This document shows, one piece after another, positions 1-13,786 of a stretch of DNA of 64,000 nt. Position 1 is the stretch's first letter. Every line of letters begins with the position of its first letter. The DNA is from Geosiphon pyriformis uo1. Taxonomy: Eukaryota > Fungi > Glomeromycota. Both the position numbers and the translations under genes were made by a program. The stretch covers positions 804,156 through 868,155 of the forward strand of contig JAAOMT010000523.1 in assembly GCA_016748015.1 (NCBI GenBank). Direction: 5' to 3'. Under the pieces are notes generated by a model. That model was given only the letters and a program-made list of their open reading frames with translations, had not been told where the DNA came from and made no database searches.

Positions 1-192
1 TTGTAATACTGTTTTCAAAGTTCAAGAAAAAAAAAAACAGTTGCAAATAGATAGCTTTTTTAAATAAAAAATATATAATTGGTTATTATATTATACATGT
101 AATATATAAATCATGTAATAAAATATTAATCATTTTTTATAGTTACTACAAATGTGCTGACCAAAAGTAGTAATTATAAAAAGAGTTCATTG
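1..192 (+). mobile_element. 3' end of a pogo/Tigger DNA transposon (rest lies left of the window), inserted at TA in gypsy element A
   Basis: Near-exact reverse complement of 1321-1528. Bases 2-67 read CNTVFKVQEKKKQLQIDSFFK*. Ends in TIR ...AAGAGTTCATTG followed by TA (193-194), after which gypsy pol resumes (YMITIERKV). Confidence 0.85.
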
Positions 193-1320
193 TACATGAT
201 AACCATAGAAAGAAAAGTAAAAAATCAGGTTCAGATTTTTGAGGCCAAAGCAACACTTTGTAAATCAGAAAAAATCAGATTAGTCAATCTATACATACCA
301 GCCAAGAATTACAGTAACATTAAAATTTCCATTTACAACAACACGGAAAATGTTATCAAAATATCAAAAAGAAACACTATTGAATACTTAACTATTAAAA
401 TCAAAAACCAACTGCCAAACACCATTCCAGATTTTTCACAACTGTGCAAATACATAAACATCACATTTCAAACAATATACAGATGAGAAAAATGTTATTT
501 GCTCTAACCAAAACAATTGGAACAGATAAATTTGGGAAATCTAGACCCACTACAATATATGCAATTTAAGATGTTACTTAACAACTTTAAAAACATTTTT
601 GCAAGTAAAAATGAATTTGGAAGAACTAACATAATCCAGCATCAAATTAAGACTGAAGATGCAATGCCAATTAAACAAAGAGCATACAAAGTACCACTAG
701 CCAGCCATAAGATCATTCATCAAGAAATCAATCGGATGCTTAACAACAGACTAATTCAGTCATCAATGAGCTCATGGTCATCACCAGTGGTACTAGTCCA
801 TAAGAAAAATGGGAAAATCCACTTTTGTGTGAATTACTGGAAACTGAATAGAGTAACCAAAAAAGATAGCTATTCAACTTCAAAAATCCAAGAACTGTTT
901 GATGTTTTTGGAGGAAAGAAATAGTTCTCGACTTTAGACTTAGATAGCAGTTACTGGCAAGTAGCCATGAAACCAAAAGACAAAGAAAAAAGGGCTTTTA
1001 CAATTCGAAAAGGAAACTTTAAATTCAAAGTGATACTATTTGGCTTAATAAATGCTTCCACCATATTTTAATGGCTTATAGAAATTGTCTATACTAGACT
1101 GCTATAGAAATCAGTAGTCATATATCTGAATGATACCAATGTGTTCTCAAACACATTTGATGATCACTTATATCATCTCCAACAAGTATTTGAAAGACTA
1201 AGAAGAGCCAGATTGAAGCTAAATACAACTAAGTGTTTCTTTGGAAAAACTGAACTCAAATTTTTGGAACATGTTATAAGCAAAGACAGAATCAAAACAA
1301 ATTCAGACAAAATTGAGATA
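193..1320 (+). pseudogene. Element A pol fragment: dUTPase-like spacer and reverse transcriptase
   Basis: PIKQRAY, SSWSSPVVLV, YLND (decayed YLDD), LKLNTTKCFF; several stops. Confidence 0.9.
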
Positions 1321-1461
1321 CAGTAAACTCTCTTTATAATCACACCTTTTGGTTAGCACATTTGTGGTAACTATAGAGAGATGGGACTATAAAAAATGAT
1401 TAATATTTTATTACATGATTTATATATTACATGTATAATATAATAACCAATTATATATATT

Positions 1462-3021
1462 TTATTTAAAAAAGCTATCTATTTGCAACTGTTTTTTCTT
1501 TTTTTAAACTTTGAGAACAGTATTACAAATTAATATTCTCAAAGTTTTAAAAAAGTCTGAATTAACTTTTTTACTATACTGCTTTTTACAATAGCACAAT
1601 GTATCTTCAAGTGCAATTTTACCTTAATGTATAAATAGCAAAGATAAAAGTTTATCTTTATTTTTACTTTCTAAATCTTCATTTGCATTAGAATTTCTAT
1701 TATACTTGTTGTTAATAAGATTCACAATTTCATCCTCTGAGGCATAAGTAAATAATAGTTCAAACTTGTCAATATTAATAAAGTTTATTGTCAATAGCTT
1801 ATCAATATCAATGTGCTCAATAAGAACTTGTACTTTTTATAGAAATTTTTGTTCAATATCTAATAGATGGGCTGGCATTTAACTATTATTCAGAATTCCC
1901 ATATAACGCCAACAGTTTTGGATTGTAGTTGTTGTTACTACTGACCATGTATCAATTAGAAAGTCAACTGCATCCTTTAATGTTACTGTTAATATTGAAA
2001 TCTTGTCATCATACTAATTAATAAGATGGAAAAGAAACAACTTTCAGTATTGTGCCTTAAAGAATGCAAGAATTCCTGTATCTAATAATTGCAAATGGGA
2101 TGTTGTATTGAATGATAGATATTTAATCATAATATTAGATAATACGGAAGATTCTTTACCATGGGGACCAACATTATTAAGCAATAGCAAAATCTTTTTT
2201 TTCTTGTAATGCATTTCTTCATTTAATAAATTAAGCCATTCACTAAAAATATTGGTTTGCATTTATGCTTTTGTATTGTAACAATAAGTAATTAGAAGTG
2301 CATTCATATTAATATTGTGAAAACATTGTGGTTTTGCGGCTTTGCCGATAATTAAAGGCTGCAACTTAATGCTGCCTATTGCATTACAAGCAAGAAGTAT
2401 GGTAATTTGACTCTTATCACGCTTGGTGCCAAAGGTAGATCTTGTTGCCAAAGTTGCATTTGGTGGCATTCTAAAGAATAATGCTGTCTCATTGGAATTG
2501 TAAACATCATTTAGATCATATTTACTGATAATTTCATGCAGTTTCTCTCGTTCCTCTGGTAAAATTTCCAAAAGGGCACTATTTGCTTTGCTATGTATCT
2601 TAATGTGGTGCAAATTATGATGTTTCTTGAACTTTTCTAACCAACTATCTGATGCTTTAAAGTTATTTTCTTCCAAAAACTTTTCAGCAAACTTGAGAGC
2701 TTTTGTTTGTAAAAATTTTCCAGTAAGAATGCAGTTGGTAGCTAGTGCTCCAAGCATTCATTCTTCTAGTGCATTATTTATTTTTGGAAACATCTCTTTC
2801 CTGTCTTTTGTCAATTGACCAAAGTTGTCAGATATATTTTTTTCAATCCATTGGTCTGATTTCACGAGTATTTTTGTTACAGTAGAGCAGTCAACTTTTA
2901 GATTAAATATTTTGATAAGTCTATTTGCTGAGTAGTCAGAATGCTCTAGTTTGTACTGGCAAAGAGCCTTTTTAATTTCTAAGGAGATTGCTGCTTACTT
3001 TTGGTTTTCATTTTTTGGCAT
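1462..3021 (-). pseudogene. pogo-family transposase (CENP-B-type HTH, DDE_1 domain, C-terminal PIP box), inactivated
   Basis: ATG at 3021 (MPKNENQK). FKASDSWLEKFKK, YNSNETALF (DET motif), ILLLLNN..H, NTTSHLQLLD; ends KKQLQIDSFFK*. Internal stops. Confidence 0.9.
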
Positions 3022-3299
3022 GTTAATAAGAACACATTTTTTATTGCATTTTGTTTTTATAATGCATTGATGTATCTGTTATGTCTCAAACATCATTTTG
3101 TCTTATATTTAATCAAACATATGAGGTGTCTCATGTTATATAAAGTGCCTCAGATTATAAAAAGTGGCCAAATTATAAAAATAAAGGTTTTAATCCAACT
3201 GTAAGATTCTAAGTGCAAATGACAGATTTTTAGTAAAAAGAAACCTAATTTTGATAATGCATCTGTGATACTTTTTGCCTCTTACCTCCAACTGATAAT

Positions 3300-4380
3300 C
3301 AATAATAAAGACTGTCAATTTGATTCTCCATATACTTGCATAATTGCATAGAAGATAGCACAATATCATGTTGTCAAGCTCTCCAAACACAGCAATGCCT
3401 ATATCAATTGGAATATTGATATAAAATACTTTGCACAATGTTAGGGATATTGGAGTGAAAGTCAACTGCAGTTTTTTTAAAAATGTCCTAATCATCATAA
3501 GTTGTAGAATTTGATATGTAATATATATAGGCATACAATGGCTTCCGAATTAATGTGGTCATATGTTGTTTCTAAGGAAAATCCATCTGTTGAATGTTAC
3601 TTAAAATGGGCCCAAAATGAAACAGATCTCATGTTCAGGTTAAAATATGAACAAGTCTTTTTTTATTTACAAGCAATTATTAACTTTTATACTGGAGTTC
3701 GTTTCAATAGATTTTCATTAAGACTCATGGCTAGACAAATGTTTACACCAATTTGGTCTGCTCAGTGCCATCCTATTTACCAATTAATTAAAATTGCTGA
3801 TGAAAAACAATGGCTACAATTGAAGCCTAAAGTTTGCAAGCTGATTTAAGAAAGAATTGTAATTTTTTAATCTAAATTTTCAAATCAACATCAAGGCCAT
3901 AATGCAATACTTGAAGAAATTAACAAAATGCTCAAATCATTGATTTTTTTTACACCTTTACAATGGTATTGGAAAATTGCAGTACATAACTGTATTAAAT
4001 TTGAGAGATTGTGTACTAACCTCTTTAATGTTATTGAATATTCTAAAAATAAAATATACAGGTCTCGTACATGTCTTAGCTTTATTGCTGAATCAAATTG
4101 ATTTTGAGTTCAAATAAAAAAGACACAATTTGTAAATCCAAATATCTCTAATTGTGTTTTTCGTGATATTGGCCATAAATAGATATTAAGCAAAGAAATA
4201 AAAAAATTCAGTGAAATTGCATGGATAAAAAAAATAAACTTTCTTAAAGCAAGGCAAATTAAGAAAACATTGTTAGGTATTTGAAAACCAATTCCAGTAA
4301 CAAGTGAAGAAGCAGATCATCAAAAAATGTAAATCTGTTAATAAAATCACAACTATTACCTATTATTAACTTTCTAATAC
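3300..4380 (+). pseudogene. Cargo inside pogo: fragment of a putative Academ/DUF6589-like transposase
   Basis: YLQAIINFYTGVRFNR..LMARQMFTPIWSAQCHPIYQ...SNQHQGHNAILEEINKMLK resembles the F..A.R.....L......P.F....H..Y...D..LE..N..K pattern of Academ/DUF6589 proteins. Recognised by eye; boundaries approximate. Confidence 0.45.
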
Positions 4381-5395
4381 CTCTTTTAAGTGATAATGTT
4401 TTCAAAGCTTATCAAGTTAATTGTGTGACAGCCTAATAAATATTTTTCAAAAAGTTAGAAATATATTGTATTGTGTACAGTTTTGTTTATCTTGAGTTGG
4501 GTGCATTACCATTTATAATTAGCATTTTTAAAACATAATATGTTAAGTCTAGGTCCGAATCTCCATTCTGCATGATTATGTTTAAATTATGAAAAGCATT
4601 CAACATGGATTTATTTGTCCCAAAAAAGTTGATTTTTAATACATTTTTAAAATTATTAGTCAAACTTTCACTTGCTAATACTAAATATTGGTCGAATAAT
4701 GAATATGATTGCTAGTATGAAGCCTTTTTTTAATTGCAAATGTTAAAGTTGGTGTAAAAATGTATTTATTGGGTATATATTGGAATTCTTATGCTCTGAG
4801 TTTTATTACTGATCACATTTCTCTTCCTAAGGAAAGGTAAATTTGAACTCTGTTTCCAGTTGATTTGCTTGAGCAATGTTCTATTAACAAACTTGTTCCC
4901 GAAGGATCTTATTGGGCCATTATTCTTGCTTATAGGTCTGTTAATTTTTTCTCCCAATACGGAGAAAAAGTAATCTTATTAGCCAAAGTTTGATCTAAAA
5001 TAACTTCATCAATACTCACAACAACAATCTCCAAAACACTACCAGTTTCTGAAACACTACCAGTCTCCAAAGCACCAAGAGCAGCAGTACTGTACCATAT
5101 ATTAACTATTATTAAACTCTTATAATATCCATAAACAACAAGCTAGATATAATAGTTCCATTATTGTCTTTTAATGGCAGTGGTGGCTTATAAAGAAGAA
5201 GAGTAATTGAATGTTGTAATATTTGAGAAATTTTGTTTAATGTTCTATAATCGTTTTCAGAAACTTCTCTAATTTTTTTTACTATTATAAAAAGAATGAT
5301 TTCCATTGACAAATTGGAAAATCTCCTTGACTGTATATGTCTGATTAAATATGAGATGACATCTGATGTTCATATTTAATATTATATAATTATAG

Positions 5396-5587
5396 TGTGA
5401 TTATAAAGAGTGAAAATTACTTATATTCTGCTATCATATTTGTGGAAATAGGGATTATAAAGAGATATATATAGTAAAAGTGACTATAAAAAGATAATAT
5501 TATATATAAATGGTTTTGGTTTTTAAAAAAATGTAATTATAAGAAGATAGTAACTATAACTAAAGGGACTATAGAGAGAGTTCACTG
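5396..5587. repeat. Subterminal array of TIR-like motifs G(T/G)(G/A)A(T/C)TATA(A/G)AGA, probable transposase-binding sites
   Basis: About six degenerate copies between 5396 and 5580; two more at 1366-1395 near the other end. Confidence 0.65.
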
Positions 5588-5922
5588 TAGTCAAAAACTT
5601 TTTAGTACTCACTAACTTGACTAAATTATGAGCATTTTTGGAATTTGCAGAATATTACCACCATTTTATCAAAGACTTTTTCAAAATAGCACAGCCATTA
5701 TACCAGCTACAAACAAAAAACACCAAATATGAATAGATAAAAACTTAGTAAAAAGCTTTTGATACATTAAGAAGAAAGCTTATTCAAGCTTTAGTATTGA
5801 TCTATTCAGATCATAGCAAGCCATTTATAATCACAACTAATGCATCTGGTCAAGCATTAAGAGCAGTATTATCTCAGAAAGAACCAGATGGAAGAGAACA
5901 CCCAGTAGCATATATTAGCCAT

Positions 5923-6791
5923 TATTACAGATGATTATTTAGGGTCTCAAATCAAATAACAAATCCATAACTTAGTGCTTGGTTGGTATTCTAGTGTTAA
6001 TATCTGAAAGTTTTGTTGTGGAGTTCTTTGTATAATAAACAGAGATTTAATAGTTGTTTTTAGTAGCCTTCCGGAATTGCAATTCTGTCAAATTTTTTTC
6101 TCAGTATAGTGGCTGGTAATCCTCCTAGTAAGCTATTTTCAAATCTATGAATATTCTATCCTTGTTTCACAGGTCTTTTATCAGTCTCTATGATGTCTGT
6201 ATTTTAGTGCTTAATCCTTAATCAATTTAGTAAAACCAAAGAAATAGCAAAAGAAATAAAAGACAATAAAAAAAGATAAAGAAATAAATGAAAGCAATTG
6301 CAAGTTAGTATCCTGTTAATAGTCATGATCAAAAACTATTGTTCCAGTGTGGTTAAGTATCAATTACTATTAACATGAAATGTTGATAGTGAAGAGTGGT
6401 TTGAGATAGTGAATAATTATTTATTAATATTTGTAAATGGAAGGTTGCTTAGATCAAATCAAAACTGAAAGATCTGTCTTTTCTATTTCTAATGCTATCA
6501 CTATATATACATAATTTGGGTTTTATGAGATTATTTACATTTTCAAGCAATATGCTATAATTTTTCAAGCAATGCTCACATTATTGAGCAATATGCCATA
6601 TTTTCTTGACATCACTCTACATTGCTGAGTGATATGCCATGATTTCTGATATTGCTCCATATTGCTGAGCAATGTGCTATGATTTCTGACATTGCTCTAT
6701 ATTGCTAAGCAATGTGCTCACGTGCTAATTACTACTCTTTTATTGGTCTACTATTTTTCTATATCTGTTTTCTTTTTTTTTATGAGTAACA
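5923..6791 (-). repeat. 3' LTR of element B
   Basis: On the minus strand TGTTACTCAT...TGTAATA; preceded by PPT AAAAAAGAGGAGATAA; ~30-bp tandem repeats at 6545-6720. Confidence 0.92.
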
Positions 6792-6805
6792 TTATCTCCT
6801 CTTTT

Positions 6806-7441
6806 TTAATATTGAGTTCTGTTGAAATCTTTATTTTGAATTAATTCCAATACTTCTTTTTCAAGTATTGTTTGTTTAACTCTGTTTCTCACATCTTCTA
6901 TTTGTGTATTGTTTATTCTTCCCTATTGGTTAATGGTTATGATTTTCATGTCAGAATGTAACAGTATTTCTGGGTAGTTCTGAAATATGTTGTATAGTTG
7001 GTATATTGCTTTAACATGTAGTGTTGAATTTGTCTTCTTTCTGATAAATTTTTCAATTTGTTGTATTATGTTTTGGTTGAATATTCTCTTGGATTTGTCA
7101 ATATACAACTCCTAAATATTCAACTTTTGACCTAGCTGATAGTAACAATATGATATTGGAAGTCATTCTGTCTATTGCTTCTAATTTTTTTTTGTAAGCT
7201 CTTCTGTTGGTGCCATAATAGGTATTTTCTCAAAAGTGTTCTTTATTTTTTCTATTAAGTTATCTATTCAGTTTTTATCATTTTTTGGTGGCTGCTGATA
7301 TGGTATATTCTTTGTTTTTCTTTGGATGTTTTGATAGCAAATTATTTGGTTGTTAATAACAATTTTCATGTCTAACTGTTGTTTACTTAAGGCCTGGAAT
7401 AATTGTTGAGCTATAGTGTGAATATAATCCAGTATTTTCAT
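6806..7441 (-). pseudogene. Element B ORF3 (~211 aa, unknown function)
   Basis: 636 nt from ATG to TAA in frame, with internal stops. YIDKSKRIFNQ..LHVKAIYQL..YPEILLHSDM; homologous to ORF3 of A, C and D. Confidence 0.8.
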
Positions 7442-7499
7442 TTTTCTTGGTTGTTTTTATCATATGTACTGTGTTTTTATATACTCTTTTGGTTGTTCA

Positions 7500-8879
7500 A
7501 TTTGACGTGTTTGGTTTAATAACTATGATTGGTTCCAAATCTCATAGAATCTCATCTGGTTGAACTAGTATTCTTTGTACTTCTAGTTGTGGAATATTAT
7601 TGGTGAATAATGATGCTATCTGGTAATATTGTTTTAGTCAATCACCATGTGCTGCTTTGGCTAAGATTTTGTTGTCCTATCTCAATTTATAAGCTTTATT
7701 TCTTAGAATTTCTTCTATATGAAATGGTCTGTTCTATTTGGGATTGAATTTTCCATTTCATTGTTTTTCTGCTTTGGTACAATATAATAGTATTTTGTTT
7801 TCAATCTTGAATTCAACTGGTTTATTTGGTAGTTGGTTATTGTGTTGTTCTTTTTGCTTTTCTTGTAACTTTTGGATGTTATCAGCTGCTTTTCATCATT
7901 TGTTTTCTAGTGTTTCCATTAAGTCATATGTTTTTCTCAACAATGTTTCTTAGAAATTATCTTCTGTTATTGGTTCAGTTGGATATGTATTGACCTCTAT
8001 CTCAACTGGTAATATTGCTGTTCTATCATATACTAATTCAAATAGTATTGCTTGTGTGGTATCTTGCTTCATTGTTTGATAAGCAAATAATACTTATGGT
8101 ATTAACAAATCCTATTCGTCCTGGTTTTTTTGATTGATCTTGGCAATTGCTTTACACAGTGTTTTATTGAATCTTTCAATTAATCCATTGGTTTGTGAAT
8201 GATATGGCAATAATAATGGTCTTTTGATTCCAAATCTCTGACTTAATTCTGTTAATGTTCTATTCACAAAGTGAGTTTCTTAATCAGATAGTAGTTCTTT
8301 TGGACATCCATGTCAACAGATCAAATCTTGATAAACAAATTCAGCAATGGATTCTGCATCTGCTCTTTGAATGGCTTTTGCTTCTGGCCATTTAGTGAGA
8401 TAGTCCATGGCTACTGCAATATATTTGTTGCCTCTGCTGGTGATTGTTAATAGTCTGACTAAGTCAATTCCAATATGGTCAAATAGTTGTCTCATTTTGA
8501 TTGGTCTCAATGGTTTACTGGGTTTTGTTCCTCTTTTTCTCTGACAAACATCACAATTTTGAACATATTAGATAATGTCTGGATATATTGATGGCCAATA
8601 ATATCTTTTTTTAGTTCTTTCCATGGTTGCTTCTTTATGAAAATGTTCTGCCATTGGATCTGAGTGCATGTTGAATAGTATTGTTTCTTTTTCTGATTCT
8701 GTAATTACTCTGGTTGGTTGATTTGGATTTTTTTTGTTCTTCTGATAAAGTATATTTTGATGGTTGATAAAATATTTTGATTGTTGTTTTATGTTCTTTT
8801 GTTTTTTTTGAGATAATTTTTTCTTGAACAATTGGGTATTTATATAATGTTGTAGTTGTTGGTATTTTTGGATGTTCAT
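7500..8879 (-). pseudogene. Element B integrase (separate ORF with its own ATG)
   Basis: MNIQKYQQL start; H..H/CxxC zinc motif, GIDLV, DYLTKWPEA, QTNGLIERFN. Confidence 0.9.
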
Positions 8880-11800
8880 CTTTTGTTATATTTTTGGGTT
8901 GAAATGTTTTTAGATTTGTCTTATTCACGACAATCCATCAGCATTTCTATTGTCTTTTCTTTTTTTATAATGTACTGTATAATTGAATGGTGAAAGTTCT
9001 ATTTTCCATCTGGCATGGCAATCATCTGCAAATTTTTGTTTCTGGATTGAAGTTAATCCCTTGTAATTCGTGTACATCTTAAACTTTTGACTTAAGTATT
9101 CCTTCTATTTGATAACAGCCTAATAGATAGCTAAGTGTTTTAGTGCTAAAGTTCCATAGTTTTTTTCAGCTGGACTTAAGCTTCTACTGGCATAAGCTAC
9201 TGGATGCTCTTTTCCATCCAGTTTTTTTTGCAATAGTACTGCTCCCAATGCTTGACTTGATGCATTAGTGGTAATTATAAATGGTTTACTGTGATTTGGA
9301 TACATTAATACTGAAGCTTGGATAAGCTTTCTTCTTAATGTGTTAAATGCTTCTTGTTAAGCTTCAGTCCATTTATACTTCACATTCTTGGTTTGTAGAT
9401 AATGAAGTGGCTGAGCCAGTTTTGAAAAGTCTTTGATAAAACAGCAATAGTAGCCTGCAAATCCCAAGAATGCTCTTAATTCTGTGAGATTGTTTGGTAC
9501 TGGAAAGTTTTTGACAACTTCAATCTTGTCTGGATCTGTTTTAATTCCATCTTTGCTCACAACATGTCCCAAGAATTTTAGTTCTGTTTTTTTAAAGAAG
9601 CATTTGTTGGCATTTAGTTTCAATTCTGCCCATCTGAGTTTTTCAAATACTTGTTGGAAATAGTGAAAATAATTGTCAAATGTTTTTGAGAACACATTTG
9701 TGTTGTCTAAGTAGACAACTACTGATTTCCACAGTAATCCAGTATAGACAATTTCCATAAGCCATTGGAATGTTGCTGGAGCATTCATCAAGCCAAATGG
9801 CATGACTTCAAATTCAAAATTTTTTTCTCTGGTGGTAAATACTGTTTTTTCTTTATTGGTTGGATCCATGGCTACTTGTCAGTAACCACTGTCTAAATCC
9901 AGTGTTGAAACCATTTATTTCCTCCAAAAGTATCAAATAGTTTTTGGATTTTTGGAGTTGGATAGCTATTTTCTTTGATTACTTTATTCAGTTTCTGGTA
10001 ATCTACGCAAAAGTGGATTTTCCCATTTTTCTTTTGGACTAGTACCACTAGTGATAACTATGGACTTATTGATAACTGAATTAGCCTGTTGTCAAGCATC
10101 TAATTGATTTCTTGACGAATGATTTCATGGCTAGCTGGTAGTACTCTGTATGCTCTTTGTTTAATCAATATTGTATTTCCAGTTTTGATTTGATGCTGAA
10201 TAATTTTGATGTGGCCAAATTCATTTTCACTGGCAAAGATGTTATTAAAATTGCTAAGTAACATCTTTAGTTGCATTTGTTAGAGTGGGTCTAGATTCTC
10301 ATGTTTATTTGTTTCAATTGTTTTGGTTGAAGCAGATAATATTCACTTCATCTGTAGATGATTTGTGATATAATATTCACATATTCACACAGCTGTAGAA
10401 AATCTGGAATGTAGTTTAGTGGTTGATCCTCAACTTCAGTGATTAAATATTCAATAATAATTTCCTTTGGTATTTCAATGACATTTTCTGTTATGTTGTA
10501 GATGGGAATTTTGATATTTTTGGGGCTTTTGGCTGATATATAGAGATTAGTGAGTCCAATCTCCCCTGATTCGCAAATAGTGGCTTCTGCTTTAAACAAC
10601 TAAGCCTGATTCCTTACTTCTTTTTTTATAGCTAACATATACTGGTCATATAGTAAAATGGAAATTGTTTAATGGATTAAGATAATTTTTTTTTATTAAT
10701 AACCTTTTCTTCTGCCATATTAATTGGTATATCTATTCTATCCATTGATCTGAATCTCTGTATCCCTTTAGCAATAATCCCTAATTTTTCTCTGTTTCCT
10801 ACTGACACTAACTGAGCTACTTTCACTAAAGATAGGAAGATTGCCTGTGCTATTTTTTTATTTGGGTCTATAGTATACACTTTTTCTGAGTTATTTTGTA
10901 GCATAGCAATAATATTTCTTACATATTCTGTGTCAATTATTCCTCCTCTGATGTTGATTCCCTTTTTGGCTAAGCTACTCCTAGATACTAACTGAACCAT
11001 TGTTGTTGCTGAAATTTCCAGTGCTATTTTCAGATCAATGTAAGTGCACAAATGTGGTTCCAATTTGATGAAATCTTTCCCCAGATACCTCAGATCAAAT
11101 TCTGCATCAATATTATGCATGCATTCAGGCATGATATCTTTATTATTATCGCTGAACCATTTCAGTTCCTGTTCCTTAATAAGGTCAGGAAGAGTGATAT
11201 ATGTTTTGGAGTTTGAATCAGAATCAGAATCATTGTTATTTTTGTTGCTGTATTGAGCAGAGCTGGAACCATTGTTTTTGTTGTCATTGTTGTTGGAGTT
11301 TGAATCAGGGTTAAAAGTTGATCCTGATTCCGATGCGCAGCTGCTGATTGGTTTGTCTTCTTCTGGGATTGTGTAGATCATGCATGATGGTAAATTGTAA
11401 ATGAGATCACACTCATTACAATATTGAAAGTTATAGGGAATCAAACAATAGTTACATAGTCGAGTGTTAATTTCTTCCAACCATTGCTCTTGTTCCTTTC
11501 TAGTGGGTGCTAATTCCTGATAGTATTTGTGAAATTGTTCTGGATCTAGTAGATTTATGACTGGTTCTGGATTCCAGTCAAGTTCTATGGGCTTAGGTGA
11601 ATTATCTTTAATTGTTTTTATTTCTTTTGGTGATGCTCTTTTGATTTTGGCAAGTGCCATTCACCAGATTTCATTGTCATCATGTGGACATCTGTCCAAT
11701 TGTTTGACTGCACATCTTCAGACAGTGTCTATGGGTGTTCCTTTTTGCACTTAGTCACTTATAAGAATTGTGTATTGACACGATTTGTTGCATGTTCCTC

Positions 11801-13786
11801 CTTTCTCAGAAATGTCATTCCACATTTTTTCATCAAGGAGAGTTTCTCCACAAGCCAAACACAGCTCATTATCCCATTTTTTTACTTGTTTTGGTCTTCC
11901 GAAACGTTCTATGACACATGAATAACAGTAAAACTTGGTTGCCATTTGGTATTCTTTATTGTCACCACAGCAAGTGCCTATTAATAACAATTTCTTGTCG
12001 CAATTGACACATACCAGTTTTGGGCAGTGATAAGCAGACTGCTGTGGTATAGTATAAGAATTATAAGTGGTGGTGCTAGTGGATATTGATCCTTCTTCCT
12101 TTCTCTTTCCTTTTTCTTTTGTCTTTTCTTCTTATTTTCAATCTATTAGTTTTTCCTGGTTGTTGTCAGTTCTTCAGACTCAGTTGGAATTCCAGGTAGG
12201 TTTTTTTTTCTTTTCTTTTTTACTGCTGCCCCACAAGAGTATTGGAGGTAACTCATTATGGTTTTCATCAGTCCATGACACTTGATAGGCCTCCCAGGTA
12301 GGTTTTTTCTCTTCTTTCTTGAACTTGATAAGAAGTGCTGGCATGTTAAGAGTTTTGAAGTGGTCACACATGGCTGGTACCCATGTGTGCTAACTGTTCT
12401 GGCTTGAGTTGGAGCTCTTGCATGTTCTAATCAAGTGTCATGTTGGTTTTAAACAGCCAGTTATTGTCAATGAGGGCTTGATATTGAGTGGCTTCCATGA
12501 CTAATACTTTAATTGGCACAATAATGCCATTGATTTTAATAGGTAAGTTGTCTATTTCGCTGATCAAAGTTTTTGTCACTCCATTAGCTGTTATGATTTT
12601 GGCACTGGCAGCTCAATCAATTCAGTGACCTAATTGATCCATGAATTGTCTTGTGATGATGCTGCCAACTGATCCACTATCTAGAATCAGTTTGATGGGA
12701 TGGCCATCAATTTTGGCATCAGTGTACATTGCAGTAATAGGTTTTTCCTCAAGAGTGGCTTTACTAAACAGTAGTGTGATTGATGGTTCCTCAAGTTCAA
12801 ACAGGATGATAGTGTCCAGTAATTTGTCCTCAGTAATGGTAGCTGGTGGAATATTGCTGGTAAGTGTTGATGGTTGGTTGGTTTCTAGTTTATTGGATTG
12901 GACATCTTTTGGGGTAACCAGGAGACTTAAATAGTTCTGAGAATTTGGGTTTTGGGTGTACTTGATGCCCGAATTCTGTTGTCGAGATCCTGATGGTTGT
13001 GCCATGGAACTGGGAATTGGTTGATGGACCATCATCGATGATCTCTAGCTTTGCTGTATCAGTTTTGGCCTTTGAGTTCTGTTTTGAGATAAGTTTTGTG
13101 GTGGTGTTTGAATTTGTTGGGGCTAATAAATGGGTTGAGGCTGCAGATAATAAATGATGGCTGCTGTTGACTGATAAATTGGCAGTTGATAAATTTGTGG
13201 CTGTATTATAGATATGTAATTTGGTTGATATATTTCTGCATTTGATTGATAACTCAGAGCTGAAAACCTGCAATTGGGGTTTTGATATTGATTTCCTGAT
13301 CGTTGGTTTTCTATTCTTAACTGACAATTGATTCTCAAATGTTTCTGTTTACCATAGTAGTGGCAAATACACATCTCTTGCTGCCATGGCTGATTGGATA
13401 ATAATAAGAGATGCAACTGATTTTGTAGGTGATTTGTGATTCCTAAATTATTGCATTGTTGAGGTGGCTGATAAATTGCACGATTGTTAGCTAAGTACTT
13501 TTCAAGCTTCTGGTTAATGAAATCACTGAATTGTTTCAATTTGGAATCCAATTTAGGTAATCCATTCATCACTAGATTTACAGCTTGGGCATGGTTAGCT
13601 TCGAATTCAGCTGCTTCAAAATCTCTGGTATTGGTAACTGCAGCTTGAAAGTCTGTTGGATGCATTGGACATACGTGTTGGAGGATGCTACTGTGCAGAC
13701 CTCTAATAAATTGGTTTAGGATTTGTGGCGCTGTAAAATAGTCAGCCTAGATTGCTTGAATTTGGCACAGATTCCTATGGAAGCAT

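Larger units (their letters stand above)
1321..5587 (-). mobile_element. Complete 4.27-kb pogo/Tigger (Tc1/mariner) transposon with internal cargo
   Basis: TIRs CAGTAAACTCTCTTTATAATC / GACTATAGAGAGAGTTCACTG. TA duplication at 1319-1320 and 5588-5589. Host RT is continuous across it. Confidence 0.92.

Noticed and set aside
154-486. 110-aa ORF as a gene
   Set aside because: Chimeric read-through from the pogo TIR into gypsy pol.
6545-6720. Regular ~30-bp repeats resembling a CRISPR array
   Set aside because: No unique spacers, eukaryotic context, and they recur in each type 1 LTR.
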